Positions 38,301 through 50,300 of a DNA stretch of 64,000 bases are shown piece after piece. How positions within the stretch are numbered: the stretch's first letter is position 1; every line of letters begins with the position of its first letter. This DNA comes from Ascidiella aspersa (Eukaryota). Position numbers and translations under genes: made by a program. The notes under the pieces are model-generated. The model was not told where the DNA came from and searched no databases. It saw only the letters and a program-made list of their open reading frames with translations. Location of the stretch: contig OZ004613.1 of assembly GCA_963924565.1 (NCBI GenBank), positions 10,788,001-10,852,000 on the forward strand. The letters run 5' to 3'.

Positions 38301-41300
38301 CAGATTTTAAGCGATTTACAAAAAAAAATCTGTTAAATATTCGGATAAAATCGAGATATGACTAAGAAACGCGTTTTTCGCCCCTTGACCAGATTTTAAG
38401 CGATTTACAAAAAAAAACTGTGAAAAATTCGGATAAATTCGAGATATGACTCACCCGGGATCGTTAACACAACCAACGCGTTTTTCACTAGGTCTTGACG
38501 AGAGTCTTCAGCGCTACTACCCACACTTCGAACGTGCCGAGGTGGTCGGGGAACAACTGCTTTCTCTCACTCACGACGACCTTCTCAGCTTGCAGATCCA
38601 GCTGGTCGGGCATCAAGAACTCATCTTGGACGCCGTAGCCCTTCTGCAACAGCTGGTAAAGTTGTATATAGTTTTTCAGCTTTGGCGACGTGTTCGTCTT
38701 CGATTGTATGTCCGGACAGAATTCTCTTTTAAAGCGTAGCGGTAAACTGTTATTTATGATCATAGCCACCCGAGCAAATTAATAAAAAAAAATGATTTTT
38801 TTACAAAAAAGGCACCATTACTGCCTTCTGGTAATTTTGCTGATTAGTTAACTGTAGTATGTAACGTTACAATAAATGAGGTTGAAACAACTCATTAACT
38901 GAGCAACAAGGTTGAAAAAGTTCTTTTTAATTTTTGGAACTTTGATTACACAAAAATTGATTCAAGCAAAAAATAAATAAATTTGAATCCTAAAGAATTT
39001 TCAATATCTCTCGGCCCTTTTGAAAAAAAAAATGACGCCCAAAAGCGCCGCGGTACCCCGGTTAAGAGTCACTGGCATAATGTGTCGTATCTCATCGTAA
39101 CGCATCCGAACGTAACACATCATTTCATGTTGTATAACAATTCATCGCAATGTATCGCAACGTTCTTTTAATGCATCGAAAATTATTGCAATGCATCATG
39201 ATTTGTCGAAACACATTGTTACCTATCTGACACTTATCGTAACGCATCAAAATACATCGCAATGAATTGTATCTTATCGTTAGCCTTCGTAACCTATTGT
39301 AAAACTTCCTTGCGTAGGGTAACGCATCGTAACGTGATTTCAAGCATCGTGGTGTACTATAACGTAAACTATAATTGATTTCTTGCGCACTGTAACTTTT
39401 CGTACCTACTGTTAGTCTAAAATGCCATTCCATTGGTTAAAACCTTGTCTCTATTTGTCGAGCGAATCCTCGCAGTGCACGGTAATCGAGATTAACAGTA
39501 ACCGTTATGTATCTTAACGTATCGTAAAACTTCGTTACGTGTGGTAAGGCATCGCAACGCTATTCTTAGCACCCTAGTGTACTTTAACGTGGATAATACT
39601 GGATTTGAAACGCACTGTTGCTTATCGTAGTTACTGTGAATTACCCTAACGATTGTGAATAACCGTAACTGAACTTGTAGCAACGCACAAAGTCTAGCAA
39701 TCGGCCGTTCTCAAACATCTTTGCACAGTGCGCCATGTGTCTATACTAATAATACAGCAATACATTAGGTAGAAAAATGTGCGAGAAAAAAAATGAGGGC
39801 ATTTTCAGAATCAGCGCCCAAAACACTTCAAGAATCAATCTTTCACATTTTCGTTTAAAATTTGCTGTTGAACAGTGCAATCGGCCATTCTCAAACATCT
39901 TTGCGTCTTTCCTCCACCAGGACTATGGCCTCGACACCGAGACACTGCAGTCGCGTGCGCTTTGCCTCAAGTGCAGATGTCGCAGCCTCCGATCCAGTAT
40001 CGCCACTAGGCGGCGAGAGGCCGAGGAGTACGGCTACGAAGCGGGGATTTCCCTACAGAGCGGCGCCTCCAACCAGATGCTCCACCTAGCGGCAGATGTG
40101 CTGGTCGAGGGCAAGCAACTTGTCTTGTGGTTGGACAGGTGAGTTTGTTAATGACGACTTTGGAGCATAATGGTTGGAGGTCGTAGTAAGACGTACTTAA
40201 TAAGAATATCAAAGCCCATACAGAAGTAGGTATCATTTTGAACGTTTCGAAATGAATAAAAAGTTATTTGAAACGTTCAAACTGCAACCTACTTCTGTAT
40301 GGGCTTTGATATTCTTATTACGTATTAATGACAACTGATCAGTTGTTTGGAGACTTGGTAGCACACATATAGTCTTATGTGGCTTGCTAGTTTTCTCTAT
40401 TCGTGATTATACGTTTACATATATAAGGGCTCCCCAGTGTCTTTCGGCCTGTGGCCGGTTAAACCTTCTGGAACTTTTCGCAACTCTTCACGTTTGACAG
40501 AAATATGCAAAAACGATTTTCGTTGTATGATTTTCTGCCCGCATTTGTTGATGTAATGTGCAACTCTCAATTTAGAATTGTGTTTTATTATATTTTCACA
40601 TTTAAATGTCGGAAAGAAATTATATATGTATAGTTCGGGAACCACCTGTTTACAGTTTGGCATGCAAAGAAAGAGTTCAGTAGCGAACAGTGGGCTGTAG
40701 GCATGTATTACGGTTCGATATCTCTGTACCGTGGGTATTTGGATAAACGCAGCCTTAGCGTTACCACGTAGCTTATATTTTTGTATCGCGGGAAAACCAC
40801 GAGTATACTGCCGTAGGAATTTTAATTTTCTTCCAAGCATTTTCTTCTCCGTTGCCCGGAAAGCTTAGTTTTGATCACTTTGTAATACAGGAAGCAATAC
40901 TGAGGCTCAATGGTATTTTGTGCTTTCGTTGTTTTATAAACCCCTGCCTCGTCCGGCGATTTGTAATTGGTGTCGTGATATCTAGGGATTTAGTTTTCGA
41001 ACAGGCATATTTAAAATTGCAGTTCCCTGTTGCGAGACCACTCTGCAATGGATCTATATCAGTGATTCTCAACCGCGGCTCTCAGAGCCGCATGCGGCTC
41101 TCAACTGTACATTTTGCGGCTCTCACTAACGGAGTGAAAAATTAGTTAGCAGTAGCAGAATTGCAACAAAGGAAGTAAGAGAAACCAAAAGTGAATGAAT
41201 TTGATCTGCAAGGTTCCCGAGTACGAAGTACTAATCTTACCGGGTTACTTCCGTCCGGCTCTTTAAAATAATTTTGTGGTTTGTTACGTCACAATATATT

Positions 41301-44300
41301 TAGTCCTGATCGACAAGCTATGGCAATAGGCAAAGCTATGGCAAACATTGTTAATTAGTTAGCCTAGGCTAGCGTAATGTATATTTGTTGTTTTCTTGTT
41401 GCTATTTTAATGTTTTTCTAATTATATGCCTACTGTTGTTTTTATGCGGCTCCTTGCAAACCTTAGGTTTGAAATGCGGCTCTGGCTCTAAAAAAGGTTG
41501 AGTATCACTGATCTATATAAATGTAAAATTGTATATAATTTAAAAAATAAACCTACTGAAATCAATACACCAGACCTGCGAGCAGATAAGACCATATTTT
41601 CGTTGTATTTCTCTATTTAAATTCTCAATTTATTCAAATTGTAAGCGTATTGCAGTTTTGCCGTTTAAAATTTTATCGCGGACCGGACTACAAATTTGGT
41701 TGCCACACAAAAACAACACAACAGGCCACTATAAAATGTTCGCCATTGCTAAAAGGCTTAATCCAGTTGTCAGGAACGGCATTAAATTGCGGACGAACGC
41801 GAGGCGTCGCTCCTCAATTTAGACATCGATGTAGCCGGACGTGATCAGAGGTCATTTCTGTTCCCGCTATCGCGTAATAGCTTATCGATTGTCGTTAAAG
41901 CGCAATGATAGAGAATCGATGATGAGTCGCGGGGGAGCTCGTTGTTCTATCCTTACATGTGCTTGGCTGTTAAACAATTCGTTCGTCAGTGTGTTTTTGT
42001 GTAAAAAAATGTTCCGCTATACGTAACACGTACCCTAAGTTTTTCTTGGAGTTGACCAAAACCTTAGTAAGTAAACACCGCAATGATACAGACTTTCCTT
42101 CCGGTGCAACCTTATATCAGCTGTTTAGTAAAAAATATATAGTAACTACCCTTTTAAACACGTTAGGACAAGGTCAAACTTTTTTTTTTAACTTGTAACT
42201 TTTATAAATACTGGTTCGCGTAGACCAGTGTCGGCATGGCAAAGTTAAGAGATGACGTTTCAAAATAAGTACAAATAGGCTTAGGAAGCCTACTGCTTCA
42301 AAAAAAGTCATACCATTGTTATTATACACAAATATTTAAATTAGGTCTTTATGTAGCCAAAAGTGGCATACCTAACGAATTACAGATACTTAATATTCTT
42401 TGTGGTTATTCGCTCAATTTCTTACAAAGGATTTTTCTAATGTACTGTGGAGATTATAGTGTGTGGTAAAATTCGCCACTGTAGGGGACGTATGAACTCT
42501 ATCGCATATTTTAACCGCCTGTCTATTTCGCCAGAGCCCCTTTCAGCGCGAAGAAAGATTTCAAGGAACTGCGTCACATGATGGTCAAGCTCTGCTACGA
42601 ACTGAGTGTAACGATGCAACAGGTAGGCACACAATCACCAGGATTTATTTAAACTGCGGTCACAAACCTTTGTTTTTGTCGTTTTGGCGCCCATTCTTTT
42701 GCCTTTAAAAGCACCATTGTATTTTTCTTCACGAAGAGGTAACTTGCGTATATTTGCCGTTGTTTTGTATTCGATAGGGACAACCTCATATTGATATGTT
42801 ACCATCTGTTTTATAAATGGAAAAATTAAATTTGATATTGCAAGTTGGAAAGGGAAGCCTGTATTAACCAAATGTTGATTGAACGTAGTTATCCTTTTCA
42901 TATGCTCTTGTTTTATTCTACTGGTTTCAATGGCTTGGTCCTGCAATTACTAATTTTTTATTATAAATTGACCAGTCGAAATTTACTTGTTTTGCCACGA
43001 AATTTACTTTGTTTTGCCACCTTTTTAATTCCCTTTAAAATAACGCAAAGTAGCGAAAAACCGAGGCGGGATCCTGCATGAAATAACAGCTGTCTTTTTA
43101 AATCCGATTCCGACGACCTTTAGCTGACTTGAATGACCTGCAGTAAGCCTTGCGTTGCACATCTCGAATTACCCCATACGACTGCTCGTTTCAGCTTACT
43201 AGAAACATGCGATATATTGTGTGTTTTTCCATGCGCAAACCTCGAAAGTACCTCGTGCATTTTGCAACGTTCGTTCCTCTCAAATTACCTCAGGAATCTC
43301 ATAAAAATTTAAAAGACCATTTAAGCCAGTGGTTCTTAACCTTTTTCCTTGCTGCGCCCCTTTTAAATCACCAACCAATTCTCGCACACCCTTCTAAAAT
43401 TGCTTAAAATAACAAAAACATTGTAATTTTATTTTTATACAACTAACTGATAACACAGCATCACAATACTAAAACGAGAGGTAGTTTTACATTTCCGAGG
43501 AAATAAATAAAAACAGTAATGCATTATTTTATTCTTTTTTGGGTGGGACGAAGGGGAGAGTGGTTGAGAAATCCAGCCAAACGGTGACTATACGGGTCCC
43601 TATATGTTTGCGAATTCGCGTTGTAATCTGCTGTTTTTGTTTTTCGGCGCAGAGCGTCTTCGCCTGTGTGATTGAGGACGCCACCCTTTCAATTTGCGAC
43701 GAGATTGAAAACCTGGCCGACGGGTGAGTGCCCTTGCTGTTTTTAGTTTTTCATCTGCTTTCCCAGCGAACGCTGCCGAGCCTTTACTGTCTCGTTTTGC
43801 TCGACGGCTTTCAGCTTTAATTACACGGCCATAAAACACCGAGACCGGGCAATCGATAAAAAACCTGGCCTGTGCCTGCTTTTCCTGCTACTATTCTTCG
43901 ACGGGTGATTTCGTTGCTTGCTTCTATGCTGGCGATCGTTCAATTATGTTCTTTCACCGTTTGGTCGTTTTTTGAATCATTGTAAAAACGGAAAAGTCAT
44001 GTGTGTCGTATATTTGTTGTTCATTTTCTAATTGTTTTCCCTCAAAAAATAGAATAAGAAAAATGCCATAAGCTATATGCATGTGAAACAATTTTGCGTT
44101 AGCCAAAACGTTAGACTACCTTAACAAAAACAAACCGAAATGACACTTCCCTAAACAAAAAAGAGCCCAATTCCTCGACAAAAGGTCCTAGCTTGCTTTT
44201 TTATTGGCAATTTCGGCAAAATAGCGTTTGACAGGCTATTTTGCTTGTGCTATTACACATAGATTTGCTGTTTAAGATTTTTTCCTTTTTTGGGTGCCTT

Positions 44301-47300
44301 ATTTGACAGACTCCTTTCGACAGGTTTATTTTCCGAAATGCTTTAAACGAAAAGTTAAAATTATCGAATTTTTAAAAACTAAAATTCAATTTAAATCAAA
44401 TCAGGTGTAGTTACTTAATTGGTTATTTTCTGGAAAAAACAACAACAACAAAAATACTTCGCATAACGCAGTGTTTTTAATAAAATCGAAAATTAGTTGC
44501 AAACTAAAGTAAAATGAAACAAAAATTAGATATAAACTGAAAATCGAGCATTGGATTATTTTGAAAGAACAGATCTCAAATATGGGGAAATTGCTTTAAT
44601 TCGTCTTATTAAACAACTATAAATACCGATTTTTTAATACCCTCATTAACCCAAAATTCAAATTTGCATCCGTCATTGTTGCGTCACACAGTATCGTCCA
44701 ATCAAACGAGCCGCTCACGATACAGCCGGTCACCTTGGAGATCCTGACACTGAGAGACGTCGACCCGAAGGAAGGCCTCGGCCTCTTCATCAAGGTCACC
44801 TTCGAAGGTCACCACGTGGTCACCGGCACCCGTTCCGGTTCGGTGGCGTCCAAGGCGCGCCGTATTACGTCAGGAGACGAGGTCGTGGCCGTGAACGGCA
44901 AGGCTGTGGTAAGGTTGTGTTCAATTATTTATCTTGAGCCTTGTTTTCTTTTTTTGCTAGCGCCATGAGCAAAATGTTAAGCGGTTTTTGATTGTCACTG
45001 TGTGTCTCGAGAAACTAGCTTGACTAGCAAAAAAAAAACATTGTAAGGTAATATTATGTATCAATAGAATTGAAAATCATTGGTATCAGTGCGTTTATTC
45101 CGTCGTGAGAACCCAGTGTTGTTCTGACTCAAGTCAATTACTTTTCTTAAGTGCGCATTTTTAGTCTACAACTTAACATCAGTGACGTGAGAACCCAGTG
45201 TTGTTCTGACTCAAGTCAATTACTTTTCTTAAGTGCGCATTTTTAGTCTACAACTTAACATCAGTGAGCTTAATTCACTGTTTTTAATGACTTGACTTAA
45301 GTCTTTTGGCAATATGACTTGATTTGACTTAAGTCTTTGTGACAATGTGTTGAAATGAAAAGAAGTGTTTTCTTTAGGCCTTTTTAAATAATTGGGGAAT
45401 GTATCTCAATTTTTGAACGTAAAGCAATTTTCTTGCTGTTTATTGCGTTTATATATGTTATTTTTTACTTAGTTATTGCTCATAGTCCGACGATTTCACC
45501 AGTTTTAATTGTTTAGGATTTCAGTTTTAAAACAAGGACTTGACTTGAAGTTGACTTGCTCTTATTATGACTTGACTTGGGCAACCAATGACTTGGACTG
45601 GGACACTTTGCGCTTTTTGAAAATACTCGATTTTAACCTTTTTTTGAAAAAAGGTCGATTTTGATTATTTTGCGAATGAATAGACTGGGACTTCAAGTCA
45701 TTTAAAAAAAATGTTAGCAGCACTATATAAACCACTTCTCTATAGTTTTTGTGCGAAAAAAAAACTACGACCCTAAACGCTTGTGTGTTTCTATTCTAAT
45801 CTCTGTGTCAAGTAAAAAAAGTTCATTAGAGCGACCACGCTTGCACGCCTGCCAATCGTGACATGAGATTCTATTTCTCGTCGAAAATGTATCTCCCGTG
45901 TAGGCGTGAAACCCGTAAACCAATCACGTGTCGTAAAAACGACATTAAATATCGATTTTTTTCTCGCTTTCTTATACGCAGCATGTAAACGAAACAGCTG
46001 CCGGGTAAAGCCCGCTGAAGGTTTTTTAATATTTAAACTTCGATTATTTTGGTTTTGCTGGGATTAAGTATCTCGTTGATCTGTGCAGCGCGCGCACCCC
46101 ATATAGATTTCACCGTCGCTTTCTTATTGTGCCATTAATATTGAATGCAGCCTTGTTCGGATGATAAAGTGTATTGCTGCCAGTTGAGTCCTGTACGCCA
46201 ACTGGAAACGTGTTTTCACGAGACATAAGGCCACGCTTTATGCAGAGAACTGCCGAAGCCGATCGCTGGGTATCCCTGCAATGCAATAATCTAGTGACCT
46301 TAAATAAACGACGACTGAAGTATACTGGCGAATCTCTCATACTTCAACTTAGGAATGGAAATCAGTATAATTATATTTGTTGCATATCTCCACAAATTCC
46401 GACCAATACAGAGTAGGACCAGACTTGCACATTAATATTAAATTGTGAGACTTTTTACGTATTACGCAAATTGTTATTTTAAGAATTGCGTTTGTACGGT
46501 ACTTTTTTGTGTGGTTCACATACTATCAATCAGTGGTTCCCGACTAGCACCCTGGGGTTTATTTTCTTCTGCTCCATTTTCTTATGCTTAATTTCTTATG
46601 CTGATCTTCGTGTGCGATTTCCAAATTAAATTTTATTTGATTGTGTTCTTCCATTTCACTTGGAGTGACATTACAGCACCGAACGAAATACTAGTGGGGT
46701 GTCGCGTTCTATTCACTATTCCTATGGTATGCCGTACGCTATAAAATGTATAAGACCACTGCTTAAAGTAATTGCAAAATGCTAGCATTTCCCCGCTTAA
46801 GCACCGTTCATCCTGATCATTAAACTTCCTCCTACTTAACTCCATGTGTCCTTCCCAGATCGGCTGGTCCCTCGGCTCCCTGGTGTCCTCTCTCAAGGAG
46901 CACCCCCATCAGGTGAGCCTCCTCATGAAGAAGAGGCCGCAGAACGCGTCCAGCTCCTCCTCCAACCTCCTTGCTCTCATGCAAAGACAGGAGCAGAATG
47001 ATAGGTCAGTGCCGTGCTTTAAGTTGAAACGTATGCGAGGACAATACTGCATTTTGTGATATACTACTAGTTCATTGTTTCCTATTTTAAAGCATATAAG
47101 AAAACGTTTTCCATTGTGCTTTTGCTTTTTAGTTGTGGAAGGTGATAAAACTAAAAGTTAAGTTGTCTGATTAAGCGTTGGGATATACTTAAGTTTATCG
47201 GCTTAATTCGGGTAAAAGACTTGCATACGTTTTTAGGTATATGATAAAGTTTGGATTATTTCAAAATATTCTACACAGTCTGTTTTGTCCAAAATTACCC

Positions 47301-50300
47301 AGTGCTTTAAATGGTTTGGTGTTAGTACCAACAAAAGTTAATAGACACTAGAGTTATCGCAGTTCATTTCCGTCCGTCACGACAAACACCTCTCTAGAGA
47401 TTTTAATATTCCCTCTCCGTATGAAATTTAAAATCCAAATCAATATTCCCCGATAGAGCTATAAACTATATAAAACCTTAACCAAGACTGGCGTTTCGCC
47501 GTCGATTACCAATATCCTTGTCGCCAAACACTTTTTGGAAAAATCGTTCTAGACATGTTTTGCTTATCTAGTTCTGCTCAATACTGCGAAGGCCGCTTAA
47601 AACAACCCGAGTCCGACATGCATTATCATGCAACTCACAAACCGTAGCTTAAAAACCACAAACCGTAGCTTAAATTCAAACTATTCTACCCATATGCTAC
47701 TCCACCTTTACGATTAAGTTTTGCGAGTTACGGCTCCGACTCCGCGGTCCTGGTTTGCTCCACCGTCCACCCAAAGCTCCATGTTTGAGCACAACTGACG
47801 AAAAATCTCCCAATTGCGTCGCACTCATCAATCGTTTGCCGGCGAAAAGCCAACAAAATCAGCTGCACTTTTAAATCGTTGTAAAAAACATGAAAATCTT
47901 TGAAGAGAGTATTCCTTTATCCCACCCCGTTTACAAGGGAACACACAGTAAGACCTACAAGACAATTTTAGACGTTGTTACGGCTATTAGGCATTAGTCC
48001 TATTTTGGTCTTATATTCCGAACTGTTCGATGTTGATGTTCTTCATATTTCTGTCTTATGACTGGAGTCTGCTTACAAGCCAGCGGTGAGAATCTAACAA
48101 ATAATGTTGTCCGCCAAAGCCCTTACAAGTAGAGACTTTTCACAAACCGACTATCAAAGAGGGGTGGTTGTTTTGTCGTTTTCACATTCGGGAAGCACAC
48201 TCGTCAGCGACAACCCCCTCTCCCCCTCCCCCCAAAAAAATGTCCAAATACGCGCCAGAATCTGGGTTCTTTGCAAGGCCGACCGACCGCCTACGCATCG
48301 CCGCTGATGAATAATTGATGTTTTGAAATCTCGCGAGTCGCCCGACAGTCAATTCCGGTCCCGGTCTTATCGCGCGTCAGGCCGTAATGGCTCCTGGCCC
48401 GTTCCGACGCAGCCGCAGGTCAGACGCCCCCCCCAAAACCCCTGTTTTTCGGCAGTGATGTTTAGCTGCAGATTCATACGCTGGTTCATTTTGTTTTTGG
48501 CCTCGTTTTTAAGGACACTTGGCCTGTTTTTGCCTTTCCGGTTGTTGTTCAAAGGTGTTATAATTATGTACAAGTGTACAAAGGACAGTTTTTTTATTAA
48601 TGTCTGATTGGGGTGATAAATGCCCAGGTTGAGTTTTTGGGTGTTTTTTCCTAAATGACCAAATTGTTTTAAATCGTTCACCTTGAAAATTTAAATCAAC
48701 CCACGAAGTAACAAACTCATACGACAAACGTTTCTATACTTAAAAAAATTTCCAGGCTGAATTTCCAAGTTGCCACAAACAACTGTATACCCACCCAGGT
48801 GTGCCAATCCGGGATTATTTATAAGACTTGTGCTTATTTTGAAGTACATTGTCTCAAAAAAGACGAATGTGGTTAGTTTTAAGTTGTGTGCTTAGTTTGT
48901 CCCACTTATATATTTCTAATGATTTATTTTCGACCTATTAATTCTATTTACAAATAGGCTATTAGCCCAACTTTGACAGCTCTTAAATGTTTTAAACTAA
49001 GAATTTCGCTTCAGCTTGTAATAAATATTTACAGTTGGTTAAGCAACAACTCAATATAGAGCAGCGTGCCTATCTTTTCGCCCTGGCAGATGGTAACCCC
49101 GTGTATACCCCACAAACGCGTGGGCCGCCTTGCGCAACGCGAGTAAGCCGGCACGTAAAACAACCCGGGCCTGTCCGACCAGTGTCGTGCATATATTTTG
49201 CGTTTCGCGGTGTGTACACGGCTTGCTAATGGACTTTTTTCGCATTTGCCCCGCCTAGTCCCCTGGGCCTTCTGCTCACTCGGGAGAAAATCACGTTTTC
49301 AGTCCTGAAAAGCTCGTAGTCCCGACCAGTTCCCTACAATTCGCTGCTTATCTGCACGTAGATGCGGTCCGGGACTACGAATTAGAACGCGAAATCCACA
49401 CCAGTTGGAGCGGGGTTTGGTTGAAACAACAATGTTATTTTTTGGTCTAATTAGCAACGCTTTTTGCCTAGAGTTCGTTTTATTGGCCTTTTCGCCTTAT
49501 GTAGTAAATTACGAAATCAATTCCTCCCAAAACAATGTTTTTTACATTGAAATTAAAAAATGTGCTGTTTTTTTTTAAAGAGAACACTTTTGGCCGATAG
49601 AATGTACGTCATTGTCCTTTTTCCTTGTTTTACATTTATGGAAAATTAAGACCTTAATACGAATTGTATCGCTGAATCTGCTCCTTTGTATACCGACAAA
49701 AGTAGTGACACTTATGCCGACAACTTGTTTTTTTTCATTGCCTTATTCTTGCTTTACAAATTTTGTATTTTGTTAAATCAAGGAATGGACATTTTGTTTT
49801 ATTTGTGGATTGTAATAGGCTGCACAAATTTCGTAGTCAAAATTCTTTATTTTAAATATCGCGTTTTTCAGTTAGTGTTCGTAAAGCAATATTTAAAATT
49901 TTGCTTTACTGAAAAAACTGAAAAGGGAGAACACACAATAAGACCTATAGAAGGCACAAGTACCTAAAGCAAAAAAATATATATAAAACCATAGTATTAA
50001 GACCAACGACATAATAAAGCCAAATACACAGTAATATCCACGACGGAATAAGAACGTATCGCATGAATAAGACCTAAATTCGTGGGAATAAGGCTAAATG
50101 GCCAAAATAACCCCTGAAACTGAAGGGAGAGTATGGGGCAACTGGGGTTCATGGGTCTGGCTGGCATCGGTCGTTTTGGTGTCAACGTTTGGGCTTCCTA
50201 GTTTGAATGGCGTCGTTTGGGCGCCGCTGTTTTGCCACCGGATTATTCCGTTTTAGACGGTACTACGACCAATATAGTTATTACTTTTTTTTAGTCTTGT

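Noticed and set aside
40415-40840. 141-aa - strand ORF with a faint resemblance to retroelement C-termini
   Set aside because: No diagnostic motif and a non-ATG start; cannot be supported.
48304-48335. CTGATGA..GAAA hammerhead-like core
   Set aside because: Stems I and II do not pair convincingly.
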